Assembly: GCA_950097015.1 (NCBI GenBank)
Contig: CATNEN010000007.1
Span: 2,852,001 to 2,916,000, forward strand
Source of the DNA: Macrostomum hystrix
Taxonomy: Eukaryota; Animalia; Platyhelminthes
Reading direction: 5' to 3'
Length of the DNA stretch: 64,000 nucleotides
A model generated the notes under the pieces. It searched no databases. It was not told where the DNA came from and saw nothing but the letters and a program-made list of their open reading frames with translations. Positions 39,210 to 50,930 of the stretch are shown piece by piece (position 1 is the first letter of the stretch; each line of letters opens with the position of its first letter). The translations under genes were made by a program, and so were the position numbers.

Positions 39210-40365
39210 GAGCCGGCTTGTTTCGGTATTTCAGGCGTACGAGGGCCATTAACATCATTGAAGGTGAAAAGTTTCATATTGCGAATTTAGCCTTGAAGGC
39301 CGTTAGTCGAATGTTCCTAAAAAATGGCGGTCGCATTCGGCATTACGAAGCGATGGAGAAGGACGATCTGAACAAACTGTGGACGTACTTCGACCGCTCA
39401 AATGGGACGAAGCTTCTACACGAGGTGTACTTCATTCTGCTCTATTACTTCGGTCAGCGAGGTCGTGAATGGCTCCGATCGCTCAATGTCAACAGTCTGG
39501 TGTTTGAGTTGTGGAGTGGAGTGGAGACTGTGCGACTTAATGGAGGACTCGAGAAAACCGTCGGCACAAGACTATCGCCGGGCGCAATGGAAGACAATCG
39601 AGAAGCCATTGTGAAGTCGACCGGCGGAGAGCACTGCCCTGTGGCTGCGATCAAGTTGTACTTGGAAAAGCGGGAGGCTAGCCTTTCGGCTGGGACTTCC
39701 TAGAGTAACATGCCTCTGTTTCTTATGCCTAGCATCGGCAAAAAGGCTGCTCACTGGTACACAACAAAGCCAATGGGCGTGAATGCGCTTCAGAATCTGA
39801 TGGCCCGGATTTCAGCGACTGCACAGTTGTCCAAAGTCTACACTGGGCACAACGTTCGTCCAACCGTCATTTCTGAGTTGCACGAAGCTGGCTTTCGTTT
39901 GGAGCAGATCTGCAAAATAACTGGCCATAAAGACGTGAAGACTGTTCAGCGGTAAGTGTCAGCATCGGGCTGCCAATAAAATTCTCCTGTTTGTAGTACA
40001 TTGTGTACTTAAAAGTAAAAAAACATTTTTGTACGTACTTTCGTTAAGCTACTTAACAAATGGCAAGCGCAAGGCGAGTGAACTGGGCAAGATGTCCGAC
40101 GTGTTGTCAGCATCGCTGTTCGTCTTCCGCGACCAACGATAAGTCTGTGGCTATCGTCGGACCATCTGGTGATATGGATTCGGCGGGGGATGCTACGTCT
40201 ATCTCCGAGGTCCCAAAGCGGGTGGCAAGTGTCGGAATGACGACGTCAATCCAAAATGTCAAGGTTGACGTTCAAGCATCTTCGGCCGATACTGTTCGAC
40301 CGGAGCTACATATTCATCTGAGTGGTAGTTTCAGCAATTGCAACTTCAAATTCGGTGATCAGTGA
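39210..40365 (+). mobile_element. Crypton-type tyrosine recombinase pseudogene with an intron
   Basis: YFGQRGRE (first catalytic R), HCPV, GHNVRPT (HxxR), TGHK, then intron 39952-40048 (gtaagt...ttaag) restoring TVQR-Y-LTNG...MSDVLS. In-frame TAG at 39701, a frameshift near 40120, and a terminal FSNCNFKF motif. Confidence 0.8.
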
Positions 40366-40515
40366 GTACTGATGAGTACTGAGTGAGTTACTGAGTTTTC
40401 GAGTTACTACTAGAGCACTGACTACTAGACAAAGAGCTCGTTAAAAAAGTTCAACTATTTGCTACGTTTGCTTTTTGTAAAATATAAACGATGACACGAG
40501 CAATCATGTCGACTT

Positions 40516-40860
40516 CGCTGGAGTGCTTGTTGAATGTGTATCACCATTTTCTCCGTGACGTTTAGACGAAAAACTCGACCGTCGTTTAATTTTGATAAGA
40601 GAGCTTGATTTATATAGCGAGAGAAAATTTATAGTTGAAATCTTGAGAATAGTTTGTAAGCTTGGCTACCCTATGCGTTACTAAAAATATTTTCTCGTCG
40701 CTGTCTGGAGGGAGTCGCTAAATCAATTTTAAATAATTGTTCCTCTAGTACCTGTTTACTGCTAGTATATTAGCAACTTCTTTTAGAATCTAAAGTTGTT
40801 GAAACACAAAACTATTGATAGTTGTTAATAGATCGTGTTACAATAAGTTAATAAACTAAA
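40516..40860 (+). pseudogene. 3' remnant of a PAN-lectin gene (last ~13 codons) plus 3' flank; paralogue of 62463-62805
   Basis: GCTGGAGTGCTTGTTGAATGTGTATCACCATTTTCTCCGTGA (AGVLVECVSPFSP*) is identical to the end of the 61771-62505 gene, and the flank aligns for ~340 bp. Confidence 0.85.
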
Positions 40861-41156
40861 TGTTAGTCGAGACAAGCCAAGGCGAGAGTTTGCGATATGA
40901 CGAAAACCAACTGAGAAAAGCCAGGCGAAAGCGATGCGATAGTCAATATATTGTGGCTCAATAACACACTGGAGTTGAGCAGCCCCAACCCCAGGACTAA
41001 AACCAGCCATGTACATGCTAGATAAGATAAGCAATATAACGATAGCACGCGCACAGCAGGACTGAGAGCGATAACAAGTACATAGCCAGCAAGTCATAAC
41101 GCAACGCACAGTAAAGCCCGCCAAGCCCAGAGTCACGCAGAGTGAACAGTCTAATG
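40861..41156 (-). repeat. 3' LTR
   Basis: Matches 45215-45510 except for 3 internal substitutions and the inner terminal dinucleotide (CA instead of TG on the element strand). Confidence 0.92.
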
Positions 41157-41276
41157 CTGCTCTGCGCAGAAAACCCATAGACAAAAGCGCAAAACACAAA
41201 TGCAGCAAACATGAATAAAAAGAAATTAAAAGCAATTGAACAGTCCATTAAACAGTCCATAGTCATAAAAATCAAG

Positions 41277-44200
41277 TCACTTGTAGCAGACTGGCTGCCA
41301 AGGACGAAGCCCGTACGGCTCCCGGATCTCCGGGTTCCGGTCCCGGTTGTCCCTTATTGCTGGAGACTCCAGGCCTGGAGGCAGGTCGACCTCATCCAGT
41401 TCCACCGGAGCAGCACCGGGTTCAGAAGCCTCTGATGGCTTCGGAGTCTCTGGTCGGCCGCTCCACTGGTTCGCGTGCGCCAGCCGCAAGCCACCGTCGG
41501 GCAGGTCAGCAGGAGCAACCAGCGCCGCTTTCAGGCCGTGCTGCACCACGAACTTGGCCGGAATCGGCGGGGTTCCGGGACGCATCCTCAGCCAGATTCG
41601 CCCGCCTGCTCAGTCATCGTTAGCGGGTGGCGAAGCCGACGGCCCCACATGAGGACGTCCGGGGACGCGGTCGTTGTATGCCTTGCAAATACGCTTCAGA
41701 ACATTGTATTTGCATGGCTCACATGATTCGCGTACACGACGAGGCGTCCGTGGATCGATACGGCCCAGGAATGGGAGGAAGAAGTTCGGCGAGCGTTCGC
41801 TGGGGAGCGTGTGCGTGTGGGACGAAGAAACGGCTGCCCCTGTGTTAGCAATCTCCCAGCGTTTCTCCCTCTCTCCCCATTCTGCCTCTGTTGTGCGCGC
41901 TGCTTGAATTTAAATACACTGGAAGCGAGAGGCAGAGCTTCGCTGCCGCTTTTCATGTGACTCCGGAGTCCACACAGAAACGGGCCTCTGGCCCGTGGAG
42001 CGTTTATCTCTCTGTTGCTGTGGCAGAAGGTAACAGGAAGACAAAACTTTCCTGTTATAATCGTCAACAGCAGCTTCTACAGGAAGTGGTCAAACGGCAC
42101 CACCTTCGTCCACGCCTTGAGCCCATCCTTGAGGATCCTCACCAGCCTTTCTGCCTGACCGTTGGAGGCGGGGTGATACGGCGGAGTGTGCAACTCCCGG
42201 CATCCAATGCTCTCCAGCCACCGAGAAACTTTCTCACTTTCAGCTGGCCAAACATCAATCTTCCTCGGCAGCACTGGACGCGCTTCTGAGCACTGCTGGC
42301 ACCGCTGCACAAAATCTCGGACATCTCGATCCAGGCCAGGCCACCAGAACTCCTTGGCAATGTGCGCCTTGGTTTTATCCGCGCTCGGGTGCACTTCATC
42401 ATGGGCAGCCTCTAGAATCCGCCTGCAGAGAATGGGTGGCGGCACAATTCTGGTTCCATGGATCACCAACCCGTCTTCCACTGGCAATGCTTGCCGGGAG
42501 GCCTTTCAACCTGCGACACCTGGCCCCATCTGCCTGATCTGATTCTCTGCTGCAGCCGTCTCAGCAACGAGCATGTCTTGGTCCCTTCTCGTAGCTCCTG
42601 AAGAGTCACCAGCGTCCCTTCCGAGATGAACTCTGACTCAAGCTGATGGACCGACTCATTCAGCAGGTCTTGGTTGACAAAGCTCAGGCGAGACAGCGCA
42701 TCAGCATCCACCATCAGCCTTCCAGGCACGTACTCCACCTCATAGTCAAAGGCCGATAGCCGCAGGGCCCAGCGCGTTAATCTTGCCGACACAGTTTTAG
42801 GCAGGTTTTTGCTCGGATTGAAGATGTACTTCAGAGGCTCATGGTCCGTCTGAAGCGTGAACCTCTTGCCCAGCAGCATCTTGCGAGCTCTTTCCACCGC
42901 CCACACAATGGCCAGCGCCTCTCTCTCAGTATTCGAATAGTTCGCTTCAGCTTTTGTCAAGGCCCGAGACAGGTACATGACAGGATGGCCGGACTGAACT
43001 AAGACAGCTCCTAACGACTGCTCGCTAGCATCGACTCCCAGGCACACTGGGGCGTTGACGTCAAACGGTTTCACGCAGGCACTCAGGCACTTCGAACTCA
43101 GGCACTCCTTCACTTGGGCGAAAGCTGCTTCAGCTGCCGGACTCCAGTCAAACACACGATCCAATTGGCGAAGTTCCTGCAGCGGCCGGCACTTCTCGGC
43201 AAAATTGGGGACCAGCCGACCATAGAACTGGGCCAGCCCTGGAAAGCGCTCCAGATCTTTCTTGTTCCTCGGAGCTTCAGCTTGCTGAATTCTCAGAAAC
43301 ATTCCGGGATCTGGTTTAATTCCGTCGACATCAATGATATGGCCCAGGAACTTAAGACTGCTAGCCTCCATGATGCACTTTGCCTCATTGATTTTCACAT
43401 TCGCCGCTCGCAGCTTGCCTAGCACCACTTCCCGGATGCTCTCCAGCTCTGCACGGGACACCGCTCCCACGAGGACGTCATCCTGGTACACAATGACGCT
43501 CGGGTGCTCACCCAGCAGCTTCTCCATCTCACGCTGAAACACCGAAGGAGAGACCTTAATGCCGTACGCAGGCGGTTGAATCGGTAGCAGCCGAACGGCG
43601 TGTTGATGGTGGTGATGTCCATGGACTCGTCCTCCGGCGGAATCTGATAGTAGGCGTCAGACAGGTCCAGTCGGCAGAACAGCTTCTTGTTGGCCTTCTT
43701 GGAGAATGCGGTCTCAATTGATGGGGTCAGGTACGTTTAATCCTGCACCCACTGATTGACAGCCGTGTAGTCTCCGCAGATCCGCACCGACGCCTTGTCC
43801 GACTTCACGGTCACCACGATCGGGCTGCCCCACTCAGACGACGCTACCTTCTTGACTATTCCCGCCTTCTCCATCAGGTCCAGCTCCTTCTTCACTAACG
43901 GCCGCAAAGCCAACGGCAGCTCGCGGGCTGTTTGAAAAATCGGCCGAGCTCCTGCCTTCAACCGGATCTCTCCTAGGGCTCCCTTGATGCCCAACAGACT
44001 CTCGTACCTGTTGTTGCTGGCTGGCCCCGCCTCGTTCGAATGGTGCGCTGTCGAGCAGGTCCCTGCCGAGCAGTCCGAACTTCTGCTGGCAGTCAATAAC
44101 AGGCAGCTCCGCCGCGGTGAAACAGCCGCCAGAGCCATCAGTCTCCAGAAGGCACTCCAGGATGCCGAGCTGCTTCATCACATGGCCGTCATAAGCCAGC

Positions 44201-45187
44201 ATCCGTGACTTCATTGACTTTAGTGGCGGCCTTCCAAGATCCTCCCGGATCCTTTTCGAGATGTCCTTCTCCATCTTCACCTGCTTGCTGTTGATTCGCA
44301 CCATGCAGAAGGCGGCCGGGCTGCCCTCGCCGCAGTAGAACACCGGATCGTCGCGGGTCACTACTGAGACGGCAACCCTTGGCTTCGGTCGGTGTGGCGA
44401 AGTGAGTCCTGGCGCTCCGACAGACCTTGGTGAAGTGGCCGTGTTTCCCGCACTGCTTGCAGGTGGCCTTCAGGGCCCAGCAGTCAGTAGGCCGGCGATG
44501 TGACATTCGGCCGCAGCGCTGGCAGCTTTGAGCCTCATTCGGCTGCCTCTGCTTCCACTTCTGAACTGCATTCACGCTATCCACTTCTAGCTCCTTTGAT
44601 GGCATCTCAGGTGTCAAGCTATCCATCTGGTGCACCGTGGAGTCCAGCGCAGCTGAGGCCCCTGACGAGAAAGTGCTCACCATCTGAAGCTGCTGAACAT
44701 AGTCGGTGATCTGGTCGACTGATAACGCAGCCGTGACCTCGCGCTCGAGAACCTTGCTCCTGACCTCCTGATTGTTGAGGCCGGCGATGAGTCGCATCTT
44801 GACCAGCTGCTCTGCTGGGTCAACGTCCTTGTCCTTCAGCTTTTCAAACTCGCACGCCACCGCCTGTTCTCGAAGACGGCTATGGTCTCGCCCTCGCCCT
44901 GGCGCAGGGACATCAAGGCCGCTCTCTCTGCGATCAGCAGCCTCTTCTGCGGTTCCAGAAACTTTACGAGACTCGACTTGATGTCGTTCCACTTCATCTT
45001 TGAAAGCTGACTAGGTGCAACCAGCTGCTTCACCTTGAGGCAGCCCAGGAAAGCGTCAGTCAGTGCCAGGTTGCCATCGGTGTCCTGAATTCCTTTTGAT
45101 CGCGCCTGTGCGTCAAAAACTTCAACCCATGCTCGCAGCTCATCTATGTTGCCGAGAGGCAATTGGGTCCCGCAGCTTGATTGACAT
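41277..45187 (-). pseudogene. gag-pol of the Gypsy element, disrupted
   Basis: ATG at 45187. Domains are split over ORFs 44836-45162, 44189-44992, 43834-44361, 43737-44138, 43419-43622, 42463-43542, 42077-42487 and 41277-41585, with stops at 43737 and 42077 and several frameshifts. Confidence 0.9.
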
Positions 45188-45214
45188 CCGATGATCCTGC
45201 TTGGGACGCCAAAA

Positions 45215-45510
45215 TGTTAGTCGAGACAAGCCAAGGCGAGAGTTTGCGATATGACAAAAACCAACTGAGAAAAGCCAGGCGAAAGCGATGCGATAGTCAA
45301 TATATTGTGGCTCAATAACACACTGGAGTTGAGCAGCCCCAACCCCAGGACTAAAACCAGCCATGTACATGCTAGATAAGATAAGCAATATAACGATAGC
45401 ACGCGCACAGCAGGACTGAGAGCGATAACAAGTACATAGCCAGCAAATCATAGCGCAACGCACAGTAAAGCCCGCCAAGCCCAGAGTCACGCAGAGTGAA
45501 CAGTCTAACA
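45215..45510 (-). repeat. 5' LTR
   Basis: TGTTAGAC...CTAACA termini on the minus strand, followed by the PBS-like sequence. Confidence 0.93.
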
Positions 45511-45712
45511 CTAAAGACTTGTTAAACTATTTAGCAACGAACACGCCAGTGAGAGGAACTAAGCGGTGAAAGAGGGCTGAACGAGTCATTCTTTTTAGGC
45601 AGAAGACTAAAGTTTTTCTATATTCTGAAAAAATAGACATGCTCGCATCAGAAGTCATAGCCCTATTTGATATCTAGAGTCTGCGCTCGGCAAATTCTTC
45701 AGAGCGTCTTGC

Positions 45713-45742
45713 TCAAGCCTCTTCGCCTTCTTCCTCGCCGGC
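45713..45742 (-). pseudogene. Probable tubulin C-terminal tail remnant
   Basis: Minus strand GCC GGC GAG GAA GAA GGC GAA GAG GCT TGA (AGEEEGEEA*). It lies where the beta-tubulin 3' end sits in the paralogous block at 62801-62990. Confidence 0.5.
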
Positions 45743-46039
45743 CGAAAACATGTTTTTTTTCTAGGGTCACTCAGAAATCATTCTGACATGTTCTTGACTA
45801 ATAACAAAGACAAAATTTATAAGCAGCGCTAACTAAACTAAACTGCCTGCGCTCACACAGGTGCATAGGCAGACAACCAGGTCAGGTTGCTGTCTGACTG
45901 CAATTGGCGGGGTGGCTAGTGTCTACTCACCTGGCCTTTTAGATGCGAATCTTACTGAAAACTGTAGGAATTAGGAATTAAAGTAACCATAAAAAATAAT
46001 TACGCAAACAAACTAAATTTTGTCTCAATACCAAAGCTC

Positions 46040-46160
46040 AGGTGAAGCCCTCCAAGCCTTCTCTCCGCGGCTGCGCCCTAAATGAATGTGGCCTCACCGC
46101 GGAATCGAGCTCAAGGACCTTGTCACGAGAGGCAAATGCGTTAACCGCTGTGCCAATCAA
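46040..46160 (-). mobile_element. tRNA-derived SINE-like copy (best-preserved head)
   Basis: A-box TGGCACAGCGG (46155-46145) and B-box-like GAGCTCGATTCC (46112-46101) at tRNA spacing. Confidence 0.62.
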
Positions 46161-46831
46161 CATCTTGCCGCAGAAGTTGCTGAATGAATGTAAAGAGTTA
46201 AAACGACAAGCACACTTGCACTCACGGAATTACGATTGGAATTTTCGAAAAATTAATCTCGTTAGCAGAAAAAGCTTTCCAGGTTTCAAAATACAAGGTG
46301 TAGATTTTTTTAACCGAAAATAAATTAACCAAAATTGACTCACTCGTACGAATACTTAACAATGGTCAATTTCTCGTAGAAGAAATCCAGAAGTTAATGA
46401 AAAAAATAACGCTTGTTAACGGACCAATGCCCAAAACTGGTTGTTATAAACAAAAGTGCAAAGTGTATACTACGTTTCGAAGTGTTTCGAATACTTTATT
46501 GAAGCGATCAGGGCTTACATCAAGTTTCACAAGAAAGTATAATAGTACTTCAGAGTCACAGAAGCGTCTCGGAAATTGTATCTATTGTAATTTTCTCGCC
46601 GCCACTTGAGATTGGAGAGCGAGAGCTGTTAGAATGGGAGTCAGATCCTCCTCTAAATTCCGGCACAATAAGAACAGCGAAACTTAATCCTATCAGTCCT
46701 TAAATTTAACATATAAGGAGTGTAAATCGATGAAGAATTGTCGTTGCCAGTCAGTATTTAAAGTGCTGGGGTACAAAAACGATTGGATTCAAAGCGCGAT
46801 GAGGAAAGCACAATGCGCATCACATTCAGCG

Positions 46832-47563
46832 ATGCTTCTTGCACTGTACCTGACTGCTAGCGCGTGTGCTGTGGCAGACGGAGCAGGAATTCACACAGCC
46901 ATTAGCGGACTGCAGTGCGTCAGACCCGAGTTTGTCGAGACTCACAGCAATGCGAAATCCAAGATCGAGTGCGCGAGTCTGTGCGATGCCAAGCACGACT
47001 GCCAGGCATTCAGTGTGGCCGACGGTCCGTGCCAGCTGTTCGTGTTCAACAGGTGCAGCAAGTACGTGAGAGACTGCAGCTGTACTCGCATCAAGCAGGT
47101 GTTTGTGAAGCAGCAGCCGGGACTGCCGCCCGGAGCTCTGTGTCCTGCCGGATTCGCTGACGACTTTTGCGGCACGAAGTACAAGTTCTACACCGGCATT
47201 CAAGACTGGAATGTCGCCAAAGCTGCGATTGACGCATTGCCAGGTCTCACAATCATGGCTGATGTTACAGACTCGATGGAGATGAGCCATTTAACTGGCT
47301 ACTTCTCGGCAAACAGCCTCGCAAACGTCATTCTCGGCGGCTGGCAGATTCCGGGCAGTGCGGAGCCATTTGACGGCTGGCAGTGGGTCGCCTGCAACTC
47401 CAGCGTCAGTCCCGCTCTCTGGGCCACCGGACAGCCGAGCAACGCAGGCGGTGCAGAGAACTACCTGTCCAGTGGGACTGCTTTTGGCAGTTTGAACGAT
47501 GGCAAAGTCTTCTCGTTTAATTATGACAGCGTTTTAGCCGAGTGCCGGTCGCCATTTGACTAG
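46832..47563 (+). CDS. Secreted PAN/apple + C-type lectin-like protein, copy 1 (243 aa)
   Basis: Signal-like MLLALYLTASACAVA at ATG 46832 (upstream in-frame ATG at 46730 is less likely). PAN spacing C-x17-CASLC-x5-CQAF-x6-CQL; CPAGF...CG; W.W...W..GQPSN...EN...LND...EC. Confidence 0.85.
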   Translation: MLLALYLTASACAVADGAGIHTAISGLQCVRPEFVETHSNAKSKIECASLCDAKHDCQAFSVADGPCQLFVFNRCSKYVRDCSCTRIKQVFVKQQPGLPPGALCPAGFADDFCGTKYKFYTGIQDWNVAKAAIDALPGLTIMADVTDSMEMSHLTGYFSANSLANVILGGWQIPGSAEPFDGWQWVACNSSVSPALWATGQPSNAGGAENYLSSGTAFGSLNDGKVFSFNYDSVLAECRSPFD

Positions 47564-48589
47564 TGTTCGAATATTTACAGTTTTTGGTCCGATACGAACC
47601 ATTGTTGCAGGGGTCTTGAAGGACATTGAAGGAACGCAAATCGATGACGGACGGAATTTGACTGTTTTAGCGGTAATAAGGAAGTTATAATAGAATCGAT
47701 TCGGACTCTTATGCGAAGGGAAACCTTACTGAGCTCCAGAATGAGCCGAGTGCATGAGTTGGTGTAGAATAGACTCCTGCGAGAATCAATGCGTTGTCTA
47801 GCCATAGCTCGTACGAGTGTAGTGCAGCTAAAGCATAGCAGTCTTACACTAAAGCTGCTCACTGCTTACTCATTTAGGCATTCATAGTTCAAGCAATCAA
47901 CAGAAAATCTGAAAGCTTCAAACACACATGGAGGAACTGTTAATGTGAGTAATAGCCATTCCGCTGTACAAGCCCCATACATCAATTAATCGCTAAAGAG
48001 ACCTTTTATACAGGTTTTTGTCTACCTGAGCCTCTGGAAGCATAAAGGTTTTTTATGAGACTTTCCGTTTCCTAACTAGACATAAATTTACATTAAAGTA
48101 AAGCAACCATCAGTTAAATAGGAAATCCAGTCGATTCATCGTAAATGCAAAAGTTTTAATAATTTAGAATATTGGGAGTTTCTATAGGGAACAAAAGGGA
48201 TTAGAGATAATGCCGGAAGTAAAAATGTTTTTAACAAATGAAGGCAGCATCATTTTATTATAACCCGACAACACCATCAGTTCCCGCTTAAGCAGTAGAT
48301 TTTGCTCAACAGGTTTGAGTGGCTCAGTCTGTCCCTACACTTTCCAGTATTTCTCGACTGATCGGACTTTCATCTGTAGAATGTATCAGCAGACAGCGGA
48401 TGTTGCAGGGAAAGTAAAGTGGACCTGGTGGCTAGAGGCGATGTCTGGATTGCTTAGTCCTATCTAGATGCTGTCGTGCCTACAGCATTGTCTGGATTGC
48501 TTAGTCCTATCTAGATGCTGTCGTGCCTACAGAATTGTTTTTCCCAGCCACATATAAAAAAATTAGTTTCCCACTATCCAACGTAATGT

Positions 48590-49086
48590 TGTAGCCTTGA
48601 ATCTTCGGTTGGAGTGTACCTTATAGGATACAAGCATACGAGTACTAACTCATGGGCCCTTGCTGGCCTGCGTCAGAACGCGAGCGCCCACAATCCCAAA
48701 TCGGAAGCTTCAGGACGCTCCCATGTGTTATGGCTCCCGTGTAGAGACGCATAAGTATCAGTAAACTTTCGCAAGGCGTCAGGACACACAAGCTAGCGAA
48801 TTAGTGCAGCGAGAGTACAGTAGGGAGAAATCCTTTGTCTGATCCTTGGCATAGCTCCCAGCTATAATAGTACGCGTCAGGATGCACGTGCTGTGCGTAC
48901 CCAGCTATGGCAACCGAAATAAACAAGATAAGGTGGCGATCTTCTTAGATGTAAACCTGGCTGAACCATTTATTTATCAAGTTTGGGCTCGCTAGGCGAT
49001 AAGTTGGGACTTCGCTGTGGCTGTCTTTCGGGAGCTTGCAGGGTGACCAACGTTCAGAGATCTCGAGAGAAATGCAGCGCACTACA
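48590..49086 (-). mobile_element. Possible solitary or terminal LTR
   Basis: TGTAG...CTACA inverted termini with a short GGGAGG purine run just upstream on the minus strand; no TSD found. Confidence 0.3.
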
Positions 49087-50569
49087 CCTCCCAGAGCCGC
49101 GCATCTTTTACCGCCACGGCTCATCTGGGGCCGGGGTACGCCCAAAATTCCACCCCAAAATCCTGCCCCCCAACCCTGCCACCCACTGGCAAATCACAGC
49201 GCAGCAGGGGGGAAGGCTGCCAAGGGCAAGAGCCAGACAGGGTGACAGCCAATCCGCTCGCAGTAAACAAGCGATTATGCACCGGGGGTAAATGATGCCT
49301 AGCAGAAAAGAAGTTTGTGCAAGACACAATGAGACGTGAGGCTTTGCACTCAACAGTGCTGATGCATTAAGGGGGGTACACGTGACGCATTACGCAGAGG
49401 AATGCAGGGTGTGCCTGCACTGTGAAGTGCACGAATGCAGCAATACACTCACTATAGAATTTATTGCTTTGAAAGATCCCCACGACTAACTGGAATCAGT
49501 GATTGGAATCAAGGAGGGCATCCTATGAACCCATCTTTGAAGTGTGAATTGCGGAGAATGCATAAGCTTTGAGAAAATTGACTCACAAATCACATACTCG
49601 TAGTTTTTACGGAGGAACAAAACTAATTTGAAAGCATTTGGATGCACAGAGGCAGCGGCTCATTAAAAAAGTATACGAGCTTGAAAATAATAAAAATCTG
49701 AGAAAACTCTGGAATACTTCCTCCCCCACAGCGAATCTGTGTAAAAAAACTAAGGTTTATTCACTATGCAAAGTATAATGCAACTAAAACTAGTTTCCGC
49801 TTTAATGGGAAGTAGCAAGACTGGTGTTCTGGAGTGAACAAAAAATCCTGCTCACAGAATGCAGCCAAGAACGGACGTTTGCTTTGGAAACATCGGCCGC
49901 CTTTCAACTCAATTCCAAGCCGTATGGAAAAGGAGATTGGACAAAAAGGACTAGGCGTTCTTTCAGATCGACATCTGGCTTTCTCAGCGTTTCATCGTTT
50001 TCGATGGCCTAATATCTGTTAAATATATATTCAAACAGGCACTGGTTAGCACACTTCTCTTAGCCTGAGCTATTATTATTATTATTATTATTACTAATGT
50101 GATATTACTAATGTGATATCCAGCAATTTGATTACATTTGATGGATGATTCACGAACAGATAGCTGTGAACAATTTTTTAACACCTAAGAATTTTCAACA
50201 GCTGTCAAACACCCAGTGTCTCATGGGAGATATAGGCGAATTCGCTATTAAAAAAATTCTGGCTGCAACCTGTACAGGATGGCGGCAGTCTTACGCGGTG
50301 AATTTCTTGAAAAAAAGTATATATTTGTTTCAAAAGCGAACATGATTTTGGGACAGAAGACCCACAAAAAGGGGCAATTCTACTCTTTACCAATTCTACT
50401 CTTTGCACATGGATACCATTCAGAGACACACACTCACAATGGGTGTAAATCTAACTAGAATATTTTGTCAGGCTGTTTACACTCTCATTGTGCCTTGAAC
50501 GTTGGCTCTTAACGGCGCAAACCGCACGATGAGCTACTCAAGCGCTCTCTCGGTGGCTGGGACTCAACA

Positions 50570-50640
50570 TAATCTGCACCTTCGCGGAATCCAGCTCAGA
50601 GACCTTGGTAGGACATTCAGTTAACCGCTCCGCTAATCAC
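50570..50640 (-). mobile_element. tRNA-derived SINE-like copy
   Basis: Minus strand GATTAGCGGAGCGGTTAAC...CAAGGTCTCTGAGCTGGATTCCGCG aligns with the 46.1-kb copy. Confidence 0.55.
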
Positions 50641-50930
50641 CCCTATCTCGCAAGAGAGGTGTAACTTTGAAGTTGAAACTTGTCATTTTTCACGTTTAAA
50701 GTTAGGTCTGTATAGGTAATTAAAACTGCTTTTGTCCAAGCGATTTTATAATCAGGGTGGCCTAGCAAATCAAATTTCACGACGATTGCAGGAAACTAAG
50801 CTATCGTTAAATTTTGATCCTATCTTGCCTAGCCCTACATAGTGTATATAGACACCATCGCAGAAGGATTTTCACGGAACTAACAACCTGCAAGCTTTGA
50901 AGCTCTCTAACTTGTGGACCATTGGGTGCA

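Larger units (their letters stand above)
40861..45510 (-). mobile_element. Ty3/Gypsy LTR retrotransposon (Mag-like), two LTRs, coding region inactivated
   Basis: 296-bp LTRs, 5-bp TSD CTAAA (40856-60, 45511-15), PBS-like TGGCGTCCCAAGCAGGA next to the 5' LTR, gag with two zinc knuckles, RT RICGDY/YQDD, RNase H DAS...EREALA, integrase zinc finger and HPASNGQAER, in order PR-RT-RH-IN. Confidence 0.95.

Noticed and set aside
48443-48540. Short two-unit tandem duplication (~48 bp)
   Set aside because: A simple local duplication with no further structure.
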